From assembly GCA_951406725.2 (NCBI GenBank), contig OX597829.1, positions 51,150,001 through 51,214,000 of the forward strand: DNA of 64,000 bases, read 5' to 3'. The notes below the pieces were generated by a model. That model ran no database searches, was not told the DNA's origin, and worked only from the letters and a program-made list of their open reading frames with translations. A program made the position numbers and the translations under genes. How positions within the stretch are numbered: position 1 is the first letter of the stretch; each line of letters opens with the position of its first letter. Shown here one piece after another: positions 51,587 through 63,125 of this stretch. Source of the stretch: Octopus vulgaris. Lineage: Eukaryota.

Positions 51587-53294
51587 ATATGTGCATATTT
51601 GTTATGTGTATATGTGTAGGTACAGCTATGGCTGTATGGTTATGAATGAAGCTAGGTTCTGGACCATACAGTTTCTGATCCTGTCTCGGTGTTGAACATT
51701 CGGCAAGAGTCGTCCCCTATAAATCTGATTTAACTGAAAACTTGTGAGTGAATTTGGTGGATGGAAACTGAAAGACAAAGTGCATCCATGCATGTGTGTG
51801 TGTGTCATAGCTATTTGAGCCTCTTTTATTCACTTTTTACACCTCACATTGGGTTTATTCTTTGATTTACTGGTCTCCATGCATCATTAGAACAACATAA
51901 AATGAAGTGTTTTGCTCAATAACACATTCTACTGCCCAGTCTGGGAATCAAACCCACAATCTAGTGATCATGAATGCAAAACCCTAACCACTAGGCTACA
52001 CACCCTCACATCATCTAAAACAATGGTTCTCATTCATATTTTTTTTACCTTTAGTCCCCCCCCCCCCTTTGATTCCTATTTTGCTTAGATAGACTCTCCT
52101 AGCCATTTAATGTTTTAAAAAATCCTATTGTGCTTTTTTATTATTAAATATTATTAGGAATTGTATAAAAAAAAATTGTTAAAATATTTTGTTTCATAGA
52201 AAGTATAAGCGGTTTATTGCTCATAAATTTTAACAAAATCTCTTACATGGACCCCAATTGAGAACTATTGATCTGAGAGAAGAAAAACAAAACAAAAAAA
52301 ATCATTTGAATAAATCAGAATATCTATTTAAGTTTTTTATTATTGGAAACATTTTTATATTTTATTTATTATATCTGATACTTTTTTTTTTTAAATTATT
52401 TGTTTTTAAACTCAGTAAAACTGAGTTTAGAAAATATTTTTTTTTAGATATAGGCATTTTATAAAATAGTTTTTAAAATATTGGCATTTTAGGAAATTTT
52501 CCTTAAATATTGGTTTTTCTGAAAATACTCTTTAAATATTAGCAATGAAAATATTTAGAAAAATTGTTACATTACACAATGCTGTGTGTGTGTGTGTGTG
52601 TGTGTTTTAGTTTAGTTCATTAAAAATAACATTTAAATTGTTTTAGTTGACACTAAAATTTCCGTTTTAAGTCTAAGAATCACACATACACAAATCTGTT
52701 GTTTCACCAAAAGCATTGAACTATAGGGATCAATACAATTGTAGAGTTTTCTTTAATACATTGTAACAAAAAGGTTTCAATTTCTGATACTCAGAGTTGC
52801 TCATTTCCGATCATCAGCTGGAAAACTGAGCCCCTGCTTTTCTTTTGAATATCCACTGTCTGAATATTTTTTTTGAAATATGAAATGAAAGTCTGAAAAA
52901 AAAGCACTTATCTCTATTGTATTCTACAGACAAGAAAGTAATATATATATATATACACGATGGGCTTCTTTTAGTTTTCGTCTGCCAAACCCACTTGGCC
53001 TGAGGCTATAGTAGAAGACACTTGCCCAAGGTGTCACACAGTGCGACTGAACCTGGAACCATATGGTTGGTAAGCAAGCTACTTACCACACAGCCACTAC
53101 TGCCCATGCTGGGACATTTGTCTTGAAGATTTTTAATGAAACTTACCATAGTAGTTAGTTTGTTGGGAGGTTTTTTTAAATTTTCTTTTTAAAGTCTGGT
53201 ACTTATTTCATTGGTCCCTTAGTGTACTACTTAGTTACAAGGATGTAAACAAACCAACCCCAGCTGTCAAGCATGGGAATAGTTTGACAAAACA

Positions 53295-53362
<68 letters not shown>

Positions 53363-53465
53363 TGGAGTAAACGCATAAATGTGAAACAAGGTGGAAAAAA
53401 GAGTACTCAAATACCAGGGGTAGAGTAATATGCTTTATTTCAATGCAGCAGAAATTCAACAAAAC

Positions 53466-53503
53466 CTGTTACTCTGAGTTTCACATTCCCGTTCGTCGGA
53501 CAG
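53466..53503 (-). ncRNA. Minimal hammerhead motif in a Penelope-like fragment (~53361-53527) between (TA)n tracts
   Basis: ctgt-CCGACGA-acg(ggaa)tgt-GAAA-ctcagag-TA-acag. Stem I 4 bp, stem II 3 bp, stem III ctc/gag, GUA site, U4C variant core. Confidence 0.75.
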
Positions 53504-53525
53504 TTTTAACAAAAACTGAAATAAA

Positions 53526-53575
<50 letters not shown>

Positions 53576-54346
53576 GATGGGCTTCCACAAAGTTTCTGTC
53601 TTCCAAATTCATTCACAAGACATTGGGCACCATCTTTGTTCTGAAGGGTTAATGAAACCAGTGCGAATCGTAGAATATAACCAAAATGCATATCATATAG
53701 TATTCTTGTTGGAAACATTCTAATGAACCACCTGAAGCCTGGCTTAAGAATGATTCTTGCAATTTTTTCTCTCATCACAGTTGACACTGATGGAAACGGA
53801 TTTTTTTCTCTTTCAGCTTTGTCATAATGGATCTGATAATACATATGTAATACAAATGCATGTTTGTGTGCTTGTATTTATTTTCTATGAAGTTGTCTTT
53901 CTACTGTCATGGTAACAAATTAAGTGAAATAGATAACTGTTTTACAGTTAAATCCTATCTCCCTGCTCTATTATCTCACATTGACGTAAATATATATATT
54001 GCAATCGGAGTTCCATTGCTCTTGACTGCTTCATCTCAGACGAACAATACATGTTGTACCATTTGTCTGTGTGTCATACTGAACGAGAAAGAGAGACAGA
54101 GAAAGAGAGGTTCGCCAACTCTTATCAAACCATCTGACTTCCGCCTGCTGATATAGAAAATGGTAATCAAACGATGATTTCAAATACAGGCTGAATAATA
54201 ACAAAATTATATTAATAAATTCTTCGTTCCATATTCAGTTCCACTGTATGGCACCTTAGACAAGTGTCTTCTACTATAGCCCTGCCCAAATAAAGTCTTA
54301 TGAATGATTGAATTTGATAGATGGAAACTGAGAGAAGCCTGTCATA

Positions 54347-54560
54347 TGAAAAGGTCCTGAAAAGTTCCTGGCTTCAACAGTATGGTGAAAGGCCAAGTTG
54401 GAGGCCCAACATTCCAAGTTCTACAGGGCTTTAAAAAAACTGAAGAACTGCTGTAATAAGTGTCTGAATCTGAGAGGGGAATATGTTAGATAAAATAATA
54501 ATTAACTGGTCCTTTTGTATTTTCTTTTACCCAAACCCAGGAACTTTTCAGAACCTCTTT
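54347..54560. mobile_element. Mariner-derived MITE inserted at a TA inside a SINE
   Basis: TIR ctgaaaagttcctgg/ccaggaacttttcag, TA flanks, residual transposase C-terminal sequence (KCLNLRGEYV). Confidence 0.75.
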
Positions 54561-54703
54561 TATATATGTGTGTGTGTATGTGTCTGTTCCCTACCAATGC
54601 TTGACAACTGGTGTTGGTTTGTTTATATTTCTGTGACTTAGCAATTTGGCAAAAGAAACAAAAAGATTAAATACCAGATTTTTTTTTAAGCCTGAGTACC
54701 TAC

Positions 54704-55045
54704 GAGGTGCTGCCCCAGCATGGCCACAGTGCAATGACTGAAACAAGTAAAAGATAAAAGATATACTGGGATTGATTTGTTCAACTAAAACCCTTCAAGG
54801 TGGTGCCCCAGCATGGCCACAGTCCAATGAGTGAAACAAGTAAAAGATAAAAGATATACTGGGATTGATTTGTTCAACTAAAACCCTTCAAGGTGCTGCC
54901 CCAGCATGGCCACAGTCCAATGACTGAAACAAGTAAAAGATAAAAGGTATACTGGGATTGATTTGTTCAACTAAAACCCTTCAAGGTGCTGCCCCAGCAT
55001 GGCCACAGTCCAATGACTGAAACAAGTTAAAGATAAGATAAAAGA
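54704..55045 (+). repeat. 93-bp tandem repeat (~3.6 units) of the SINE family 1 3' end
   Basis: Unit starts at 54704, 54797, 54890 and 54983. Confidence 0.9.
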
Positions 55046-55166
55046 TTGAAGATATTTTCGCAATTAATTGAAACAAGAAGAGTCTACTTCGTCTGAGACA
55101 TGGTAACAAAAAGCAGTTAAACCAATGCAGAAGTTCCTTTTCTTTCTTCTTTTATTTTCTCTGCAG

Positions 55167-55226
55167 ATTTTCTTAACAGAAGACTATGTTTCCACGATAT
55201 AATTTTCTTTCCTTCTGAGAAACAAA
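55167..55226 (+). CDS. Possible 60-nt symmetric phase-1 exon (DFLNRRLCFHDIIFFPSEKQ)
   Basis: Strong pyrimidine tract plus ctgcAG at 55161-55166; donor-like AA|GTTAGT at 55227; open in the frame required by the 5669 donor. No homology support. Confidence 0.2.
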
Positions 55227-55511
55227 GTTAGTTGAATGACAGAACCCCATAGGAACAACGTAAATTACAAAATCAATCAAGTTCTGAAATGAACATGTGT
55301 TGTATTGATTTGTATATGACTGAATTGGGCTGTGGTGGTGGTGGAGGAGAAGGTGGGGTGAGTGGGGGAATAAAGGTGGGGTGAGTGGGGAAATAAAGGT
55401 TGAAGAAAGTGTTGGCTTGGAGTTTGTGATGATACCAGCCATTCCAGTGTAGCAGAAGATACCAAAGTAATGCCAGAGAGAGTAAATAAAAACAATGAGG
55501 TTAATTATATA

Positions 55512-55728
55512 TCTTTTACTCTTTTACTTGTTTCAGTCATTTGACTGCGGCCATGCTGGAGCACCGCCTTTAGTTGAGCAACTCGACCCCTGGGACTTAT
55601 TCTTTTGTAAGCCCAGTACTTATTCTATCGGTCTCTTTTTGCCGAACCGCTAAGTGACGGGGACGTAAACACACCAGCATCGGTTGTCAAGCAATGCTAG
55701 GGGGACAAATACAGACACACAAACATAT

Positions 55729-55765
<37 letters not shown>

Positions 55766-55923
55766 CGATGGGCTTCTTTCAGTTTCCGTCTACCAAATCC
55801 ACTCACAGGGCTTTGGTCGGCCCAAGGCTATAGTAGAAGACACTTGCCCAAGGTGCCACGCAGTGGGACTGAACCCGGAACCATGTGGTTGGTAAACAAG
55901 CTACTTACCACACAGCCACTCCT
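55512..55923 (-). mobile_element. SINE family 1, young copy
   Basis: Near consensus. Confidence 0.9.
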
Positions 55924-55954
55924 GAGGTTAATTATATATCTTTGTATAATATGT

Positions 55955-56013
55955 GTGTGTGTAGTGACTGCGTGTGTGTGTATATGTGTGTGTATGTGTA
56001 TGTGTGTAGTGAC

Positions 56014-56044
<31 letters not shown>

Positions 56045-56300
56045 AGTGACTGCTTTCTTGTACAACAGCAGAGTCATTGCTATAAAGAATCATTCAAATG
56101 AGTCATTGATAATGCATTGTATGACTCTTGAGTCCAGTCAAAGACTTGCACATTCTATTGCATAATGCACGACTGTGCTGGCTGGCAGAAGGAACAGGTG
56201 CCATAGTATGAATTCTTTTGCTATGCCTTTTCAGTCCTCCAACTGAAGGGCACACCATTCCACATATTGCACATGTTCTGTTGTCAACAATACCTGTATC
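55955..56300 (-). mobile_element. LINE (RTE-like) 3' end encoding C-terminal C2H2 zinc fingers
   Basis: CAICGMVCPSVGGLKRHSKRIH plus a degenerate second finger LCNRMCKSLTGLKSH; tail of three gcagtcacta(ca)n repeats. Confidence 0.6.
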
Positions 56301-56839
56301 ATAATTTACACACTCACACACACATATATACACATGCACACATGCATAAATACATACTTGTGCATATGTGTGAGTGTGTGTATATATCATCATCGTTTAA
56401 CATCTGTTTTCCATGCTGGCATGGGTTGGACAGTTTGACTGAGGACTGGTGAGCCAGAAGGCTGCACCAGGCTCCAATCTGATCTGGCAAGGTTTCTACT
56501 GCTGGATGCCTTTCCGAACACCAACCACTCATATATATACACACACACATATATATATATAATTGTTAAACAGGACAGCAAACACTATATATGTATGTGT
56601 GTGCGTGTACATATACGTATACATTTTGTTTGTTTCTACCATTTGAGCATGGCCATACTGGGGCAGTGCCATGAAGAATTTTAGTCGAACAAATCAAGCC
56701 CAGTATTTATTAGTTTTTAATCCTGGTATTTATTTTATCAGCCTCTTTTGCCAAACTGGTAAGTTACTGGGACATAAACACACGAACACTGGGTGTCAAG
56801 TAGTTGTGGCCGACAATCAAGGACACACACAAACATATA

Positions 56840-56879
<40 letters not shown>

Positions 56880-56883
<4 letters not shown>

Positions 56884-58567
56884 CAGGTAGAAGCACCACT
56901 GATGCTATATTCCTGGTCCGACAACTGCAGGAGAAGTACCTAGCTAAAGATAAACCCCTCTACATAGCTTTTGTAGACTTGGAGAAAGCCTTTGACAGGG
57001 TTCCCCGTTCCCTTATCTGGTGGTCGATGCGGAAACTGGAGATTGAAGAATGGCTAATAAGGGCTGTACAGGCTCTATACAGAGAGGCTGTCAGCAAGGT
57101 TAGGATTGGCAACGAATATAGTGAAGAATTCCGGGTAGAAGTAGGTGTGCACCAGGGCTCAGCCCTCAGTCCCCTTTTATTCATCATAGTCCTTCAGGCA
57201 ATAACAGAGGAATTCAAAACGGGATGCCCCTGGGAGCTCCTCTATGCCGATGACCTAGCTCTCATAGCAGAATCACTACCGGAACTAGAAGAGAAATTTC
57301 GGGTGTGGAAGCAAGGGTTGGAATCAAAGGGCCTTAGAATAAATGTAGCAAAGACCAAAGTATTAGTAAGCAGCAAGAGGTACTCAGCACACATCCCCTC
57401 GGGTAGGTGGCCCTGCTCAACCTGTAGGAAAGGTACAGGTAGAAACTCCATAAGATGCACCCAATGTAAGTTATGGACACATAAGAGGTGCAGCAACATT
57501 AAAGGGAAATTAACAGATAAGATAGCTTTCATGTGCGGCAGATGCACAGGGACAATAGACACAACAGACACTCAGAAAACAGATTCCATCACACTCCAGG
57601 GAGAGAAACTAGAAGTAGTTGATAGTTTCCGCTACCTGGGTGACCAAGTTAGTAGCGGAGGTGGATGCACAGAGAGTATCACCACTAGAATACGAATAGC
57701 CTGGGCAAAGTTCAGAAAGCTCCTACCCCTACTGGCAACAAAAGGTCTCTCCCTCAGAGCAAAAGGTAGATTGTATGATGCATGTGTGCGAACTGCCATG
57801 CTTCACGGTAATGAAACATGGGCTGTGACTGCAGAAGACATGCGTAGACTTGAAAGAAATGAAGCTAGCATGATCCGCTGGATGTGTAGTGTCAGTGTGC
57901 ACGCAAAACAGAGTGTAAGTATCCTGAGAGAAATGCTGGATATAAGAAGCATCAGATGTGGTGTGCAAGAGCGACGCTTGCGATGGTATGGTCATGTGCT
58001 GCGGATGGATGAAGAGAGATGTGTGAAGAAGTGCCACTCCCAAACAGTTGAAGGTATCAGGGGGAGAGGTAGACCCAGGAAGACATGGGATGAGGTGGTC
58101 AAGCATGACCTCAGAGCATTGGGCCTCACTGAGGCAATGACGAAGGACCGAGATCTCTGGAGATATGCTGTGACTACAAAGACCCGGGCTGCTTTCTGCA
58201 GCAATTCCACATACCCCCTACCCATTCTAAGTACCCCGGATCCCCAAAGTACCCTGGATCCCCAAAGTACCCCGATCCCCAAAGTACCCCGGACCTCGTT
58301 GCCCCCGTGCCGCTGACACGTTAAAATGCTCGAACCGATCGTGACGATGCCGGACCCTCCGGCCCCTGTGCAGGTGGCACGTAAAAAGCACCCAATCCAC
58401 TCACGGAGTGGTTGGCGTTAGGAAGGGCATCCAGCCGTAGAAACTCTGCCAGATTCAGACTGGAGCCTGGAGCGGCCCCTGGCTTCCCAGACCCGGTCGA
58501 ACCGTCCAACCCGTGCTAGCGCGGAAAGCGGACGTTAAACGATGATGATGATGATGATGATGATGAT
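56880..58567 (+). mobile_element. Young 5'-truncated RTE LINE: open RT (to stop at 58316) with an internal PHD-like finger, 3' UTR and (GAT)n tail
   Basis: FVDLEKAFDRVPR, GVHQGSALSPLLF, LYADD, FRYLG, RRLRWYGHV, RGRGRPRKTW. Begins directly after a (TA)n tract inside a SINE; the listed ORF start at 56793 runs through that tract. Confidence 0.95.
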
Positions 58568-58777
58568 ATATATTCTTTTATTCATTTCAATCATTTGACT
58601 GTGGCCACGCTGGAGCACCGCCTTTAATCAAACACATCGACCCCAGGACTTATTCTATTGGTTCTCTTTTGCCGAACCACTAAATTATAGGGACATAAAC
58701 ACACCAACATTAGTTGTTAAGTGATTGGGGGGGGGGGGGACAAAGACAGACACAAACATGCACACACAAACACAGAC

Positions 58778-58828
<51 letters not shown>

Positions 58829-59099
58829 TATTCTATCGGCAAGTTTTTGTCGAACCGCTAAGTGACGGGGAACATCAGTTGTCAAGCAATGGTGGGGGTA
58901 GACAAATACATAAATACATACACATACATACATATATTGTCACGATAATACTCAAACTTACATAAATCCAAAAGAAGAAGCACACACTAAGATGTAGACC
59001 AGTTTCTGTCGGAGATGCTCGTCCAAAGTGCTACACAGTGGGACTGAACCCGGAACAACGTGGCTGAGAAGCAAGCTTCTTCCAGCACAGTCACACATG

Positions 59100-59165
59100 T
59101 ACATACATACATACATGTGTATGTATGTATGTATATATATATATATATATAAACACAGAGATATA

Positions 59166-59236
<71 letters not shown>

Positions 59237-59415
59237 ACACAAACACACACAGATATATTTGTTTATATATATATGTATATATATATATATGTGTGTGTAT
59301 ATATATGTGTATATATTATATATGTGTGTGTGTATATATATATATGTTTGTGTATATATTATATATGTTTGTGTATATATTATATATGTGTGTGTATATA
59401 TTATATGTGTTTGTG

Positions 59416-59446
<31 letters not shown>

Positions 59447-59596
59447 TTGTATATATTTATATATATATATATATGTGTGTATACATATATATATGTATAT
59501 ATATATGTATGTATGTATGTGTGTGTGTGTGTGTGTATATATATAAACACACACTGATATATGTGTGTTTATATACATAGAGAGAGAGAGAGAGAG
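59100..59596. repeat. Compound (TA)/(TG) microsatellite
   Basis: Visible directly. Confidence 0.95.
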
Positions 59597-59689
59597 TTTT
59601 GTATATCTTCTAATAATCATATTGTTAGTCTACCTCTGCTTTAGCAAGTGTATGCATGCTGTGTTTGTATGTTGTGTTTTGTACGTTAC

Positions 59690-62200
59690 AGAAGGATGAG
59701 CAACCGTTGTATTTGCGAACCTAGTCTTTGTTATTGTCACAGCTACTGAACAAATGTTCAATTCACATGTGTTGTCGTGTGGTTGGTTAAACGCCAACAC
59801 ACAGCATTTAAACGAGACAACAACTGCTTCACTGAATGAATCTCTCTCTCTCTCTCTCTCTCCTTCCCTCTCTCCCTCTCGCTTTCTATTATCTTCTGTT
59901 GCTGAATGAATGTAAATTTGATATTCCTATCTCACAATAATATCAAATTGACTTTGTGGCCATGTAAATAGAATCGTGTAAAAATAAGTTGAGACTGTGA
60001 TCTACTTTTGACTTCTGGGTCAAAAGAAAGACATTAACACAGCATTCATCTTCCTTTGTAAATAAGCGCGTGCACACACACACACACACACGTTACCTGT
60101 GTAAACCTTATGTCTTACATTTTTTCTTCCTGTTTCAGTCATGATGGGACACCAATTTGAAGGATTTAGTTAAATAAACTGACTATATATATATCATCAT
60201 CATCATTTAGCGTCTGCTTTCCATGCTAGCATGGGTTGGACGGTTCAACTGGGATCTGGGAAGCCAGAATGCTGCACCTGGCTTCAATCTGATCTGGCAT
60301 GGTTTCTACGGCTGGATGCCCTTCCTAACGCCAACCACTCCGTGAGTGTAGTGGGTGCTTTTTACATGCCACCGGCACAGGTGCCAGACGAGGCTGGCAA
60401 ACGGCCACAATTGGATGGTGCATTTTACATGCCACCGGCACAGAGACCAGACGAGGCTGGCAACGGCCATGAGCGGATGGTGCTTTTTACGTGCCACCGG
60501 CACGGAGGCCCGTCGGGCGACTCTAGCAACATCCACGTTCGGATGTTTCACTTACGTTCCACTGGCACTGCTATCACGGCTAAAATTTCCATTGATGTTG
60601 ATCGATTTTGATTCTGATTTCTCACTTGCCTCAACAGGTCTTCACAAGTAGAGTTTTGTGTCCCAAGAAGGAAAGGTATGCATAAGTGGACTGGCTACAT
60701 CCCAGGTAGAGGCCACGGGTTATGGTCTCACTTGTCCTGCCGGGTCTTCTCACGCACAGCATACTTCCATAGGTCTCAGTCTCTAGTCTTTTCCTTGGTG
60801 AGACCTTAAGTTCAAAGGTCGTGCTTCACCACCTCGTCCCAGGTTTTCCTGGGTCTACCTCTTCCATATATAGGTAGGTAGATAGGTATATGTGTGTGTC
60901 TTTGTGTCTCTGTTTGTTCCCTCATCACCACTTGTCAACTGGTGTTGGTGTGTTTGCATCCCCATAATCTAGCAGTTCAGCAAAAGAGACTGATAGAATA
61001 AGTAATAGGCTGGACACCAGCTTAATAACAGCAGTTTTTTTACTAAATTCTTCATTATTTTCAAGATTAATTGAAACAAAGATTGTGTATTTCAACAGTC
61101 CAGAACTGCTATTGTTCTTTTTCCAAAGGTATAGGCGCACGTGTAGCTGTGGTAAGAAGCTTGCTTACCAACCACATGGTTCTGGGTTCGGTCTCATTGC
61201 ATGGCACCATAAGCTAGTACCTTCTACTACAGCCTTGGGCTGACCGAAGCCTTGTGAGTGGATTTGGTAGATGGAAACTGAAAGAAGCCCATCGCATATA
61301 TATATATATATAGGTAGGTATATCTGTGTGTCTTTGTGTGTCTGTCCCCCCATCACCACTTGTCAACTGCAAAAGAGACTGATAGAATAAGTACTAGGCT
61401 TAAAATATATAAGTCCCAGGGTCAGTTTGTTTAACAAAAAACCCTTCAAGGCAATGCCCCAGCATGGCCACAGTCTAATGACTAAAAGATAGAAGATAAA
61501 ACGGGGGCCGTATTGTATTGTTTTCTGAGGGTCACACTGGTTCTATTTCATTTTGTTTTAATACTATTTAGTCAACTAGTTAACTATCATATTGGTTGGC
61601 ACTATTTTTTTTTGTTTCTTTTTTTAAATGTCTCTAAAAAATCTTCCCAGGTCCAATACTTTTAAGGTTATACCTATGTAACATTCAAAGTCACACTGAT
61701 GCCAAATGCTATAATGCACTGAAACCATTTTTCTCTTGAATTGGGCTGCATCAAATATGCATATGAGTCTAGATATGGTAATGGTAATTAATTAATTGCT
61801 TGATTAATCATTTGATCCATCAATCACTTGGTGATTGATCTAGTGATAAGTCAAACACTTGTTTAATTAATTGATTAATCAGTTAACTAGTTAGCTAATT
61901 GGTGCTTTTATTAGTTAAAACGACCCTCCTAAGATTTACTTCTCACAGAATTTCACATCAAGATTCTTGCAAATCAAATGGAAAAGAAAGATTGTGTGTG
62001 TGTGTGTGTGTGTGTGTGTATTTTTCTTTTCTTTGAGTTTTATTTAAGTTCTTCTTGAATGAGCTCGCTAAAAAAGTGATGAGGCTTTTTTGAATTCTGA
62101 GAATTCCTTGTGTTTTTAAATATGTGGTTGAGTTGGCGTGTTGGTTGAATTGTCGATGCCAACACCCAAACGTGTGCATCCATCTATTCACCTAACAAAT
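59690..62200. repeat. Fold-back module C, interrupted by an RTE 3' fragment (60194-60865 -) and SINEs
   Basis: Shared motifs with A and B; internal inverted pairs 61568-61586/61881-61898 and 59791-59820/62108-62139. Confidence 0.6.
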
Positions 62201-62576
62201 TTCAGATGAAAGATCTTTGGAATGTTTTACAAATCTTCACTGTACCACACTAATAGATTGGATTTGGAAAATCTGCATCAGTTTCTTTTGCTTTTTCTTA
62301 AAAAAAACCCAGTATTTCTAGATTTTATGTAAATTTATAGGTACATAGCTTAACCCTTTAGTGTTCAGATTATTCTATCAAACATAATGCCTATTGATTC
62401 ACGTTGATTTGAATTAATCATGCATTATCTCATATCTTCAAGATCTTGATGGTGTAATTACTTCATGTAGAATAACATTGTAGGGTAGGTGTGAGAGCCT
62501 GGATCTGGTCAGTTTGAACATAAAACAGATTAAATATTTTGGCCAGATATGGCCAGTTTAAATACTAAAGGGTTAA

Positions 62577-63125
62577 TGCACCTATGACAATAAGTACAAA
62601 CAAGAATTTATAGCCAAGGTTACAAGAGCTTTGAGTTGCACATTAATTCACCATAAATGTTCTCTTCCTGAATTTTTGGTTGTACATTCACATCCACTGG
62701 GCAGCTGACCCCTACAACAGTGCATGACTTTTCTTCCCTGTCCCACAGAACAATATCAGGTCTGTTATATTTGCACTGAATTAATGTTTTTATTGAGGTG
62801 TTCCACCAGTATTCCTTGTTTTTAAAGGTGTGAATACCTGCTGGTTCTGGCATGCCTTTGATATATACGTCAGGACAATCCATTTTGTGGATAGCATTGT
62901 ACATACTCTTCGCAACTATATAATGCCTCAGGGGTAGATAGTATCTTGTAGACATTTTGTGGCAGCTGCTTATGATGTGGTTGATATCTTCCACACTGGT
63001 AGAGCAGAACCGATGTTTTTTTTATTACAGTGTTGAGATTTGGTGGTATCTTTGTCCCTCTTGGTTTTCAAGTATTTAGTAGCTATCGCCTGTTCCTGGA
63101 TAGCGAAGGCATATCCTTCAGGGTG
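62577..63125 (-). mobile_element. R4/Dong-like non-LTR retrotransposon fragment (zinc knuckle and restriction-like endonuclease)
   Basis: EGYAFAIQEQAIATKYL, EDINHIISSC, YYLPLRHYIVAK, YWWN, NRPDIVLWD...VSCP; frameshifted. Confidence 0.85.

Noticed and set aside
54704-55045. CRISPR-like regular repeats
   Set aside because: Units are identical throughout with no unique spacers; eukaryotic SINE-derived tandem repeat.
58985-59020. Possible sixth hammerhead remnant (minus strand tctccgacagaaactggtc)
   Set aside because: Core and stem II are largely missing.
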